From Longivirga aurantiaca (GTDB lineage Bacteria > Actinomycetota > Actinomycetes > S36-B12 > CAIYMF01), in assembly GCF_042660085.1 (NCBI RefSeq), contig NZ_JBHSTI010000008.1, positions 1,080,001 to 1,112,000 of the forward strand: DNA of 32,000 nt. The letters run 5' to 3'. The notes beneath the pieces are model-generated. The model did not search any database, had not been told where the DNA came from, and worked only from the letters and a program-made list of their open reading frames with translations. Shown here one piece after another: positions 1-9,550 of the stretch (positions are counted from its first letter, which is position 1; each line of letters opens with the position of its first letter). A program made the translations under genes and the position numbers.

Positions 1-31
1 GATCTGGTGCTACCTCGAGAGCCGCGGAGCT

Positions 32-280
32 GTGACCCTGACCGACCGCCGTCTTGCGTGTGACCTGTGCGGAGAGCCGGCCGCCTACGACGCCCCCGTT
101 CCGGCGCACGGCGGCCGCTGGGCCAACCTGTGCGGGACCTGCTGGTCCGATCACACCGACAACATCCTGGGCTACGGCCGGGGCCAGGTCGTCGCGACGC
201 GGGATGCCATGCCGATCGCCGTCGCCGAACGCTGGGCGGCGCTCGCTCGGTCACCGGGCCGACCGGGTGACGGAAGCTGA
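32..280 (+). CDS. Small zinc-ribbon-like hypothetical protein (82 aa)
   Basis: Complete ORF with GTG start at 32. N-terminus has two CxxC pairs (CDLCGEP ... LCGTCW) typical of a small zinc ribbon; the C-terminal half looks like normal coding sequence. Confidence 0.5.
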   Translation: MTLTDRRLACDLCGEPAAYDAPVPAHGGRWANLCGTCWSDHTDNILGYGRGQVVATRDAMPIAVAERWAALARSPGRPGDGS

Positions 281-688
281 GGTTCGACGCGCATCAGGCT
301 CGGGGCCGTCTCTATCCTCGTAGCGCACGCGGCCCGAGGTGCACGCACGACATCGCTGACTGGGAGGCCGCCCCACCAGCCGTCCGGCCAGACGACGCCC
401 CGGTACCGGGCTACCCGCGTCTGCGACCCATGGCCTGCGTCCTCTGCCGCGGTGGGGGACGTGGCCACGGGCGGCTCGCCACGTGGCACTAACCTGGGCC
501 ATCTGCGCACGCCTAGAGGTTCTGGATCCCGGGACGCCGAGCTCTCGGCACAGGTCCCTGATGTCACCAAGGCGGGCCCGCTCGGCTTGCCACAGGCCCG
601 GCGGCGCTACTTTCCGCGGACTAAGGAACCAGGCCTTCATCCGCCATGTCCGGGTGAGTCCAGGGCGCTCCGCCCACCTTTGGGAGAC

Positions 689-1909
689 TCAGGCGCTCAG
701 CGTGCTGGCGCCGTCCGTGGGCAGGAGCTCTGCCGCCAGCAGCGACATCGACGTGAGTATGTCGTTGGGTGAGGCGGCGAGATCGATGTGCCGTACGTGC
801 AGTCGAGGTCCCTCATCGATGACCTGGTGGGTCCGAGCCTCGGGCGGCCCGAACGCATAGATGAGCCAGGCATCGTCCAGGCCGGTAGCGGTGGCGTAGG
901 CGTGCAGCTGATAGAGGTCCGGGTTGGCGCCCGGGCCAGTGTCACGCTTGTACTTGACGTCGCCGACGAACCGCCACGTGCCGTGGTGGTGCCATGACAG
1001 GTCCGGCTTGAGACGCACCCGTCCCTTCACATCCAAACGGAGTGGCGCACAGTGGTCGCCGTCGGGGAACTCCTCCGGGCTCAGGTGGGCCGCTTCGCGC
1101 AACGCCGCGCGAATGAAGTCTTCGAAGACAACGGTGAGATCGATGCGCAGCAAGTCCGTTGATGCGTTTCCGGCACCCAGCTCCGGGCTGGCTCCGCTGA
1201 GCAGGAGCCTGGCGAGCTCGACCGCCGGCCGGTAGTAGCCGTTGAGACGGGTCCAGGTGATGCTCGGGATCCGACTGCGGTGCGGCTGGAGCGGTGTGAC
1301 GTCAGGGAAGGAATCCGTGAGGCGACGCAACTCGCGGCGAGTGGCGGTGTCGCGCAGAGGGAGTCGCGCGAGCAGGAGCGCGGCGGAGAGCAGCAGCTGG
1401 TTCTCGGGAATGTCGTGGTCATGCTGGCAGTACTCGAGGGCAAGAGGTGCGCTTAGGCCAGGTCGGCGTTTGAGCTGCTCGGCGAGGTCGATGCGACCAC
1501 GGACGGTCGGCTGGGTATCGCGTACCTCGTGGTAGCCGGCCAGCAGACCGCGGCCAATGGTGCGGCGGATCGTGCGCAGATAGAGGGTGGCGACCGCGTC
1601 GACGACGTCGACGACGTCGACATGGTCGTCGATCGCCGCCTCGCCGTCCCGCCAGTGGTCAGGATCGGTGGCGTAGCCGAGCAGGAACAGGACGCGACTG
1701 ATCGGGATCTTCGGACGGATCACGATCGCAAGCCCATCGACGGTTCCGGCACCGATGATGTTGCCGGGGGTGACGTCGAACAGGTCGTTAGTCCCGGGGC
1801 TCGGCTGGACGGTGGCGGTGAACACGGTCCGCAGCAGGTCGCGCTGCGGGGGTGTGAGCCGCACGCCGGGGGTGGTGGACCACTCAGTCAGCTGGAGTCG
1901 GGTCGTCAT
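689..1909 (-). CDS. mcrC: McrC-like subunit of a McrBC type IV restriction system (about 406 aa)
   Basis: ORF trimmed to the ATG at 1909 (MTTRLQLTEW...). Contains IIGAGTVDGLAIVIRPKIP, RGRIDLAEQLKR, CQHDHDIPENQLL and a C-terminal PD-(D/E)XK core KPDLSWHHHGTWRFVGDVKYKR. Overlaps the end of the mcrB-like gene. Confidence 0.88.
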   Translation of the reverse strand: MTTRLQLTEWSTTPGVRLTPPQRDLLRTVFTATVQPSPGTNDLFDVTPGNIIGAGTVDGLAIVIRPKIPISRVLFLLGYATDPDHWRDGEAAIDDHVDVVDVVDAVATLYLRTIRRTIGRGLLAGYHEVRDTQPTVRGRIDLAEQLKRRPGLSAPLALEYCQHDHDIPENQLLLSAALLLARLPLRDTATRRELRRLTDSFPDVTPLQPHRSRIPSITWTRLNGYYRPAVELARLLLSGASPELGAGNASTDLLRIDLTVVFEDFIRAALREAAHLSPEEFPDGDHCAPLRLDVKGRVRLKPDLSWHHHGTWRFVGDVKYKRDTGPGANPDLYQLHAYATATGLDDAWLIYAFGPPEARTHQVIDEGPRLHVRHIDLAASPNDILTSMSLLAAELLPTDGASTLSA

Positions 1910-4283
1910 GCGCGATTCCGACCTCCCCTCGGAGAGCGTCGAGCTCGAATGCGCGGACCCGGTCGGGTTGGCCGTAGAAGTGGTCTTCGAGGGTGGGAAG
2001 GATCGCGGCGCTCCAGATCCGTGCGATCCAGGCTTCGTCGAGGTCGTCGCGAATGAAGAAGCTGGGTCCGATCGCGACTGCCGGGTCGTCCAATCGCTGG
2101 TTTGCCCGTGCCACGACGTCGCCGAGCCAGGCCAGGTCCGGGTGACGGTCGGCCAGGTAGCGGGGCAGGACCTCGGAGACGGGTTCGTCGGTGGCGTCGA
2201 AGTGGCGGAAGTAGAAGCGCCGTCGCAAGGCACTGTCGAGCAGAGCGATCGAGCGATCCGCGCTGTTCATAGTGCCGATCAGGAGGAGGTTGTGCGGGAG
2301 CCGGAACGGGGCCTCGGAGTAGAGCAGACGCATGGCTTCGTTGCGGTACTCGAGCAGGAAGTACAGCTCGCCGAACACGCGGGCGATGTTGCCGCGGTTG
2401 ATCTCGTCGACGATCAGGACGTAGTCGTGGGCGGGGTCAGCCGCCGCGCGTGCGGCCAGCTGGATGAGCGGACCCTGGACCAAGTGGAATCCGGCGGTGC
2501 CCTCCTGGGGGCGGAGGCCTTCGATGAAGTCCTCGTAGGCGTACGAGGGATGGAACTGCACCAGGGTGACGCGGTCGGGGCTTCCGGCAATCCAGGCCGC
2601 GAGCTTGCGGGCCACGAAGGTCTTTCCCGTCCCGGGCGGGCCGTAGAAGACGATCTGGCGCTTGTCGTGCAGCAGCTGCACGGTGTCGTCCAAGAAGGTC
2701 GGATCGAGGTAGAGCTCACCGGCCAGGTCCGAGAGTGTGCGTGGCTCGTCGTCGGCCAGCGGGTCATCGTGGACCTTCGGAGTGTCTACCGGCGTAGTGA
2801 CTGGGCCGACGATGGGACCGGTGCCCTTGCCGCTGCGCCATGCCTGCAGGGCCTCCACCTGCGCCGGGGTCCAGGCGGAGTCTGGCTCGACCTGGATCAG
2901 CGTCCACATCAATCCTTGCGCGTCGAGCCGGTCGCGGATCTGCCCTCGAAACCTCGCGTCGGAGGTGTCGACCAGCAGGTCGAGAAACTCCAGGAACCGG
3001 TCGTAGTGCTCTCCGTCGCTGGAGGTCGGCTGCGTCTTGGCGAAGTTGGTGAGCTGGTATGCCTTGTCGACCACACGGGAACGCCAGGTCGGGAACCGGG
3101 TGACGTCGATCGCGCCGAGTAGGAACGATGCGATGCTCAATCGTCCTCCCAACCCGTCAGCTGCCTCGGCGGGGACCAGTCGGCTGAATCGGTCGATCGA
3201 GGCGGACCCGGCGTCGTGCCACAGCGCCTGGAGAGCGGCCGCGGCGTCGTCGCTGTGTTCCTGGGCCCAGGACAGGAACGGGTCGAACGCGCGCCAGGAC
3301 ACCACGTTGGTGTCCTTGAACGCCTCGCGAAGCATCGTTACCCAGTCCCGGCCGTCGTCGACTGCGGCACGCAGGTCGGCCAGTAGGGCGGCGGTGTGCA
3401 GCTTGTAGTCGCGTTCTTCCTGGTCCAGGTCCACGCGGTCGAGGAACCATTCGCCCCAGTTCAGGAACAGCGTCCAGCCGCCGCTGGGCTGCAGCCACTG
3501 CCACCAGTAGGGGCTGCGGTAGAGGTTGGTGAACGCCTGCCCGTCCCAGGACTGGTTCGGCTCCAGGGCCGCACACATCGCAGCGAGCCGCAGCGCCTCG
3601 GGTCGATCGTGGGGGCCAGACAACTGCGGCCAATGAGCCAGGACGAGCTCACGGTGGTCCCTGCTCACCATCGCAGGGAACACGTCGGGGAACAGCAAGT
3701 GCTGCAGGCTGTTGCGCTGGATGTCCGCACCCTGCTCAGGCAGGGAGTCAAGTAGCGCGATGAAGGCTGCGGGGTCATCGAACAACCGTCCTCGCGCAGG
3801 CTGGTCGAGCCGCTTCACCGCGACGTAGAACTCGATGAGCAGGTTGAACTGCTTCCACCGGTAGGAGTTGAACGCCTGACCCGGTCTTACGAGTCCTGCA
3901 TCAAGGCGCCCAGCCAGGTCGTCGGGTATCGCGGACGTGCCGGGGCTGAAACTCAGTACTGTGTTGATGATCTGGCGCTTGCGCGACCCGCTGATCGAGT
4001 CAGACCACGCGACGAGCAGATGCACGTACAGCAACTCGGCAGCTAGCTGGACCTCGGTCGCTCCGGCGCCACCGATCTGGCCGCGAAGCTTGCTGAGGAA
4101 GTCGCCCGAGCCCAGGTCGGGGTTCTCAACGAAGTCCCGCACCAGCCCCTCGCCGTCCACGAGTCCCAGGCGCACCGAGGAGGAGAACAGCGAGCCGTCG
4201 CCGATCAGGCACTCGTCGCGCCACCGCAAGGCCGCGTCGTACACGAGTTGAGCAGAGGGGTACAGGATCCGCGTCGTTGCCAT
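1884..4283 (-). CDS. mcrB: McrB-like AAA+ GTPase subunit of a McrBC type IV restriction system (799 aa)
   Basis: Walker A GPPGTGKT, QFHPSYAYEDFIEGLRP, Walker B VLIVDEINRGNIARVFGELYFLLEYR, GTP-type signature GTMNSADRSIALLDSALRRRFYF. 3' end overlaps the McrC start by about 26 nt. Confidence 0.92.
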   Translation of the reverse strand: MATTRILYPSAQLVYDAALRWRDECLIGDGSLFSSSVRLGLVDGEGLVRDFVENPDLGSGDFLSKLRGQIGGAGATEVQLAAELLYVHLLVAWSDSISGSRKRQIINTVLSFSPGTSAIPDDLAGRLDAGLVRPGQAFNSYRWKQFNLLIEFYVAVKRLDQPARGRLFDDPAAFIALLDSLPEQGADIQRNSLQHLLFPDVFPAMVSRDHRELVLAHWPQLSGPHDRPEALRLAAMCAALEPNQSWDGQAFTNLYRSPYWWQWLQPSGGWTLFLNWGEWFLDRVDLDQEERDYKLHTAALLADLRAAVDDGRDWVTMLREAFKDTNVVSWRAFDPFLSWAQEHSDDAAAALQALWHDAGSASIDRFSRLVPAEAADGLGGRLSIASFLLGAIDVTRFPTWRSRVVDKAYQLTNFAKTQPTSSDGEHYDRFLEFLDLLVDTSDARFRGQIRDRLDAQGLMWTLIQVEPDSAWTPAQVEALQAWRSGKGTGPIVGPVTTPVDTPKVHDDPLADDEPRTLSDLAGELYLDPTFLDDTVQLLHDKRQIVFYGPPGTGKTFVARKLAAWIAGSPDRVTLVQFHPSYAYEDFIEGLRPQEGTAGFHLVQGPLIQLAARAAADPAHDYVLIVDEINRGNIARVFGELYFLLEYRNEAMRLLYSEAPFRLPHNLLLIGTMNSADRSIALLDSALRRRFYFRHFDATDEPVSEVLPRYLADRHPDLAWLGDVVARANQRLDDPAVAIGPSFFIRDDLDEAWIARIWSAAILPTLEDHFYGQPDRVRAFELDALRGEVGIAHDDPTPAD

Positions 4284-4534
4284 GGGTCCATCTGATCGGA
4301 AGGCACCGACAGCCTCAAGCGGATCGCACAGAAGTGATCAACTTCGCCGACAGCCCAGGCGCATTCGTCGCAAATGGCATCGCGCCTATGGTCGGGGTGC
4401 GTGTCGGGCAGCAACTCCGGGGCGACCTTCGACTCCCCATCGGAGCCCGATGTCGCAGGTGGAGGCCGGGTCACGCACCCGATCGCTTCCCCGCGAGGTT
4501 GACCGTGGTGGCGGATTCACGATCGTTCCTGCCG

Positions 4535-5467
4535 ATGCCGGCCGTGGCTAAGCTGCGCGATGTGCTTGCGCGGACATCGAGGGTCGAGGAGGAACTGGCC
4601 GCGCGGTTGGCGGCCTACGAAGCGCTCCGGGCCTCGCCCAACTATCCGAATCTCACCTCAGGTGAGGTCCGCGACTCCGGGGCGTACGGCGGCCAACAGG
4701 GGGTGTGGGTCGACAAGACGCGAACCTCGGCCCTCGTCGCCTCGGGAGTGGCGGTGGGATTGCGCCATACCGGGCGGCACTACGCCGACGACCTGGACGA
4801 GTCGGGCATCGTCTACCACTATCCCAAGACGCGACGAGCAGGTTCACGAGACAGCGGCGAGGTCGAGTCCATCAAGGCTGCCGAACGCCTGCGGCTCCCA
4901 GTGTTCGTCATCTCGGAGGAGGGTGCGGCACGACGAGTCCACCTTGGGTGGGTGGTAGACCACGATGACGCAGCGGGTATTGCACTGATTCTGTTCGGCG
5001 ACCGCGCCGTAGCTCCAATGCTGCGCCGCGATGACGAGGTCGATGTCTTCGTCCGCGGCGCTGAGCGCCGCAGACGCCAGGCCGTCGCCTCACGACTCGA
5101 GCGAGATCCGACTTTCGCGTTCAACACGATTCGCAAGTACGGGGGCAGCTGCGCGCTGACGGGGATCACTGTGCCCAGCATGTTGGAGGCGGCACACGTT
5201 ATCCCGGTCGCGCGCGGCGGGTCGGACCATGAGGGCAACGCGATCCTTCTCAACGCGGCGCTGCATCGAGCGTTCGACGCGTTCCTGTGGACTCTGCACC
5301 CGCGCACCCTGGACGTCGTGATTCGACCTCAGGGACCAGTTGCCGGCGCCATGCGGATCGAGCAGCTTAGTCTCAGCGGTCGTCCCGGACCCCATCGTGA
5401 TGCACTCGAATGGCGGATGGACCAGTTCCAGCGTCAGCTGGGCAGCGCGGCTACCGCAGCTCTGTAG
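4535..5467 (+). CDS. HNH endonuclease with an SRA-like or other modified-base-reader-like N-terminal region (about 310 aa, predicted start 4535)
   Basis: HNH core CALTGITVPSMLEAAHVIPVARGGSDHEGNAILLNAALHRAFD. N-terminal stretch GAYGGQQGVWVDKTRTSALVASGVAVGLRHTGRHYADDLDESGIVYHYPKTRRAG...SIKAAERLRLPVFVI resembles the SRA domain layout by eye. The ORF extends upstream to 4277, but 4535 is the more likely start. Confidence 0.75.
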   Translation: MPAVAKLRDVLARTSRVEEELAARLAAYEALRASPNYPNLTSGEVRDSGAYGGQQGVWVDKTRTSALVASGVAVGLRHTGRHYADDLDESGIVYHYPKTRRAGSRDSGEVESIKAAERLRLPVFVISEEGAARRVHLGWVVDHDDAAGIALILFGDRAVAPMLRRDDEVDVFVRGAERRRRQAVASRLERDPTFAFNTIRKYGGSCALTGITVPSMLEAAHVIPVARGGSDHEGNAILLNAALHRAFDAFLWTLHPRTLDVVIRPQGPVAGAMRIEQLSLSGRPGPHRDALEWRMDQFQRQLGSAATAAL

Positions 5468-5582
5468 CCGAGGCTCGCTGGGCGCTCCCGTCGACCGGCC
5501 TCGTGGGCGGCCATTGTCGGAGGTGAGGTGTAGCAAGAGCTCACCTACTGGACCCCGGGGGAGGCCGAACGTGGCAAGGACC

Positions 5583-6740
5583 ATGAAACCAGAGGCCGCG
5601 TTGGCGGCCTGCTACCCGGACGTCGCTGCGACATGGCACCCGGAGCGAAACGGCACCCGCACCCCCGCGGACACTTCGTCCAAGAACAGCTTCCGAGCCT
5701 GGTGGCGATGCCCCGCAGGGCACGAGTGGGAGGAGATCGTCGCCACACGCACCGGCCTTCCGGGCTGGAAGGGCGGGGAGAGGGCAGCGTGCCGGGTGTG
5801 CGTCGGCTATCACGTCATCGCGCCCTTCGATTGCGGCCATACGGCTGAGGTGCCGGCAGCGTTCGCGGAGCCACAGCGTGGCTGCCCCTCGTGTCGAAAG
5901 CGCCGGTGGCAGGAGGCGCAGGCGGAGTATCAGGCCCGCCGTGTCGCGAACTCGGCAACGGCCAAGAGGGCATACGCGGACTCCGGGGAGCGTGCTGCCG
6001 CCCTCCTCGACGACTGCCGGCCGCCAGATGACACGCCTGCGCCCCTGGTTGCCGAGTGGAGACGGGTGGCACTCCATGCTGTTCGCGTCGCGATCGTCAG
6101 CGAGGAGCAGTTCGGCAAGACCGGCGCTGTCGGGACTGCGCTAGCCGCCCAGCGCAGGCTGGCCGCCAACCTGGTCCCATCCGTGGAAGACCTGCGGACC
6201 GCTGTGGCGAGACGCGAGCCGACCCCGGTGCTCGGCCGCGCTCACTGGCCGATCGGGTGGCTGCACCACCTGGGAGCCCTCGAGCACGACACAACGCCAG
6301 CCCCGGACGTCCTCAACGACCTGGATTCGCATCTTCGGCAGGAGGTAGCAGCCTTGGAAGCACTGTTCGGCAAGCGACAGCTGCAGATGGGGGACGTCAC
6401 GGGGCTGCTGACCGAGCTGATCGCGGGTTGGGCCTACGACCAGGAGGGGAAGTGGCGTGACCGACGGTGGAACGTCTTCCGGGAGCTCAGCCTCCCGATA
6501 ACACCGGGCAAGAGCTCGCGATTCGGTCGACTCGATCTCACCATCATGCGACCGCAAGAGCCGGACATGGTGGTGGAGATCGACTCCACCCACAAGGAGG
6601 AGAGCCTCGAGAAGCTCGTGTTCGCCCGCGACGCCGGTGCCCTCGCCGTCTGGGTCCGCTGGCACGGCGGTCGCTTCGACGTTCCGCCAGGCATCCATGG
6701 GGTAGACCTCATCGCTGCCACCCGCCCCCTGACCAGCTAG
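5583..6740 (+). CDS. DUF4379-like zinc-ribbon protein with a nuclease-like C-terminal domain (about 385 aa)
   Basis: Start trimmed to MKPEAALAACYPDVAATWHPERNGTRTPADTSSKNSFRAWWRCPAGHEWEEIVATRT...CRVC, then FDCGHT...CPSC. C-terminal RFGRLDLTIMRPQEPDMVVEIDSTHKEESLEKLVFARDAG is compatible with a PD-(D/E)XK-like core. Confidence 0.7.
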   Translation: MKPEAALAACYPDVAATWHPERNGTRTPADTSSKNSFRAWWRCPAGHEWEEIVATRTGLPGWKGGERAACRVCVGYHVIAPFDCGHTAEVPAAFAEPQRGCPSCRKRRWQEAQAEYQARRVANSATAKRAYADSGERAAALLDDCRPPDDTPAPLVAEWRRVALHAVRVAIVSEEQFGKTGAVGTALAAQRRLAANLVPSVEDLRTAVARREPTPVLGRAHWPIGWLHHLGALEHDTTPAPDVLNDLDSHLRQEVAALEALFGKRQLQMGDVTGLLTELIAGWAYDQEGKWRDRRWNVFRELSLPITPGKSSRFGRLDLTIMRPQEPDMVVEIDSTHKEESLEKLVFARDAGALAVWVRWHGGRFDVPPGIHGVDLIAATRPLTS

Positions 6741-6854
6741 GTCGTGAGAAGGCTGCCCACGGCCGAGATGGCGGCGTCGTCACGCTGGGGTGAGTACGGT
6801 TCTAAGGTTGTTGGGTTACTGACAATGGACTGGCCAGAGCGCGAGGCTAGAGGC

Positions 6855-7055
6855 TCAGGTCGTTGCAGAGGGCTTCTCTCGCCCCAGTCGAAGATCCGCG
6901 ACCTTGTGCAACAAACGGCCATAGCCGTCCTTGGTGAGCTTGCGACCTTCCAGAGCCATGTTCCAGGCAATGTCGGCAGCCATGTCGATGTCCGTCTCAG
7001 CCCCGTCGCCTGGGGGCTTCGTCGGGTCATCACGCTGTGGTGAAGTGTCCGTCAT
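6855..7055 (-). CDS. Small hypothetical protein (66 aa)
   Basis: ORF MTDTSPQRDDPTKPPGDGAETDIDMAADIAWNMALEGRKLTKDGYGRLLHKVADLRLGREKPSATT has non-shadow amino-acid composition in an otherwise empty interval. Confidence 0.4.
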   Translation of the reverse strand: MTDTSPQRDDPTKPPGDGAETDIDMAADIAWNMALEGRKLTKDGYGRLLHKVADLRLGREKPSATT

Positions 7056-7356
7056 CTTGTCCGCTGTGCCCTCCTCGCCGATCTCGCATCTACCGCCCCT
7101 GACCAGTAGGGAACAACCTTAGAAGCCGCACTCGCGCTGGTGAAACGCTGGGAACCGCGTCCTGGTTAGACTCATTGCGAGTCCAACTCGTCTCCGGAAG
7201 CCATTGCGCCACAAGGGGTTAGACGTCGGTGGAGTCATAGACATGAGCCATAGTGAGAGCCGGGTCGCGGCCGACCTCGGCGACGGTCACGTTCGCGTAG
7301 GACGGAGCCGATGTCATCGGCCACCACGGCCAGCCTCGGCTTGTAGCCTGACCATC

Positions 7357-7869
7357 ATGTGGGGCCTCGAGATGTCGCGAGACGATCGCGCGTTCAGTCA
7401 CATTGCGCACGAAGTGCACATGTGTGCCTACTCTGCCTTCCGCATGTTGAGCAGTGATGACGAGAACGATCGAGTTGCCTACCTTGAGTGCGAACTCTTG
7501 CACGCGCGAGCTCTCGAAGAGTTCCTCGTGGTGACGCGGCGCAGGCCGCGCGACGACGACATGCTTCGCACGCATTTCGCACCCGAGTGGACACCGTCGC
7601 CCGACGATGCCGTCAGCCGGCTTGGTGAAAGGCGGGAGACGATCAACAAGTACCTCGCCCACCTCACCTGGGCGAGAGTGGACGAACCGGATGCGCCGGC
7701 ATGGTCCTTCATAGAGATCGCAGACGACATCGTCGCAGTGGCAGCGGCATGGGTGGGTCACGTAACGAGGAGCGAAGGTAGGCTCCCAGACGACCCAGAT
7801 ATCAAAGCGCTCATCCTCGCCAACGCCGTGTCAGATGCGCAACGCTGGCTGGGGATGGCACCACGTTGA
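7357..7869 (+). CDS. Hypothetical all-alpha protein, possibly HEPN-like (about 170 aa)
   Basis: ORF trimmed to MWGLEMSRDDRAF...; helix-rich text YLECELLHARALEEFL...RRETINKYLAHLTW. No clear catalytic RX4-6H motif. Confidence 0.6.
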   Translation: MWGLEMSRDDRAFSHIAHEVHMCAYSAFRMLSSDDENDRVAYLECELLHARALEEFLVVTRRRPRDDDMLRTHFAPEWTPSPDDAVSRLGERRETINKYLAHLTWARVDEPDAPAWSFIEIADDIVAVAAAWVGHVTRSEGRLPDDPDIKALILANAVSDAQRWLGMAPR

Positions 7870-7974
7870 TAGCGGGATGGACACGACGTTGCTGGAGTCT
7901 GGAGCCGACCACCATCGTGCGCTGCGTGCCACGCGACCGCTTGCGAGAGAACGGCTAGCTGGGAGCCGTACCTC

Positions 7975-9474
7975 ATGAACCCATCGCCGCGTCTGCCGTT
8001 TGCGTGGCTCTCGTCCATACGCGGTCGAGTTCAGGCGATGGTTGTATCGAGTATGTGCGAGGTGGACCTGGTGGAGGCGGCATCGCGCAAGTCCTGGGCC
8101 AAGAGGAGCAACGTCCCTCCTGATCTTCTTGCCACCGGACTGCTCACTGACCTCATCGGGCCGGAGGCGGCGTTGCTGAGCTTGCGGCTGGGCACAGCCC
8201 ACCTCGCGGGTGTTGCCGACGTCTCGAACCCGCCGACGGGGCCGGCGACCCTCTTTCCAACTGGTTCACATCTACAGGTCACGGTTCGGCACGACCTCAT
8301 GGAGCACGGTCGCTTCGACTGGTCTGGACAGTTGCTCGACTTGGGCAGCAGCGGCAGCGGATTCGGTTTCGACAACTCCCGTCAATGGAAGGTCAGCGAC
8401 TTCGACCTCAACATCGGCAAGACTCGCGTCCACGTCGTTCACGCCAGTGCCCAGCGCTCGACGGACCTGTTTGACCCGCAACCACAGTTCGGCGGCATGT
8501 GCGAGGGAATCGAATGGGGCGATCAAGCGGTCGCACGTCATTGGCGCGTCTGGCTCGTCGGCGTACCGAAGCCGCACGAGCAGGTGACCACAACCCTTGC
8601 CCAGGTCCAGGTTTCGTTGGTTACCGACCGACGCGCAGCCGAACCCAACCATGGCGACAGCCAACCGCCACCTGACCTGCCCTACGTCACACAAGTAGCG
8701 CTGGACTTCGGCCATGACGTGGGGGCTGCTCAGGTCGACGAACTCCTTGAACGTCACCTCATGTGGCTCCTTGACATCTACTCCGGTCGCAGAGTTATTC
8801 CTCTCGCAGTGCTGCGCATCGCCCCCGACGGCACGGCTATGGGAGGGCACTGTCGCGACTACGGCCGACCGCTGGTGCGCAGAAGTCGCCGAGCCGTATC
8901 CAGCAACGATCTACAGGCGTTTCTCAACGATGTCGTACCCACCTGGGACGCAATGACGGAAGACGATCGCCACGTAGTCCGAGTCGCCACTGGGGTCAGG
9001 CACGCTTCCTCACAGATCGAATCGGAGGCGTCAGTAGTTCTCGCCGCGACCGCGCTCGAGCTCCTCGCCGGTGAGTGGCTCCCGCCCACCAAGGCAAGCT
9101 ACGAGCTCACGAGGAGGCAGAAGAAGGACATCTCAGATGCGCTTACGAGCGCCGCTCAGGGAATCGCTCCTAACAGCGAGTTCGCCAGCAAGATCACCCA
9201 GATTGCAGGGAACATGTTCCGCCGCCCCGCCGCTGACCAACTTGGTCGCCTTCTGGGTCATCTCCAGGTGCCCATGAGCGAAGCCGAGGTTGGCGACTTC
9301 GTGAAGCTGAGGAACGATCTCATCCACGGCCGCCTGGCACAACGCAGCACGCAGGACAAGACGGAAGGCATGCTCCGAGGGCAGGCCATGCTGATGGGTT
9401 GCCTCCTCAGCCGGCTGGGTTACCGTGGCTCGGTCTACAACGAGGCCAGCCATCGGAACTACCGCCTGCCCTAG
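7975..9474 (+). CDS. Large hypothetical protein with a C-terminal HEPN (Apea-like) domain (499 aa)
   Basis: Long plus-strand ORF. C-terminal helical region ASVVLAATALELLAGE...VGDFVKLRNDLIHGRL carries R-N-D-L-I-H, an RX4H HEPN ribonuclease motif. Confidence 0.65.
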   Translation: MNPSPRLPFAWLSSIRGRVQAMVVSSMCEVDLVEAASRKSWAKRSNVPPDLLATGLLTDLIGPEAALLSLRLGTAHLAGVADVSNPPTGPATLFPTGSHLQVTVRHDLMEHGRFDWSGQLLDLGSSGSGFGFDNSRQWKVSDFDLNIGKTRVHVVHASAQRSTDLFDPQPQFGGMCEGIEWGDQAVARHWRVWLVGVPKPHEQVTTTLAQVQVSLVTDRRAAEPNHGDSQPPPDLPYVTQVALDFGHDVGAAQVDELLERHLMWLLDIYSGRRVIPLAVLRIAPDGTAMGGHCRDYGRPLVRRSRRAVSSNDLQAFLNDVVPTWDAMTEDDRHVVRVATGVRHASSQIESEASVVLAATALELLAGEWLPPTKASYELTRRQKKDISDALTSAAQGIAPNSEFASKITQIAGNMFRRPAADQLGRLLGHLQVPMSEAEVGDFVKLRNDLIHGRLAQRSTQDKTEGMLRGQAMLMGCLLSRLGYRGSVYNEASHRNYRLP

Positions 9475-9550
9475 GTGCGCCTGACCGGCGACACCTATTT
9501 CGTTGAGTGAACCGCCGTCTGCGCTGACGTCCCCTGCCAGGATCTCACCC

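Noticed and set aside
1755-3122. 455-aa plus-strand ORF opposite mcrB/mcrC
   Set aside because: Antisense shadow of the strongly supported McrB/McrC genes; typical high-GC artefact with no family motifs.
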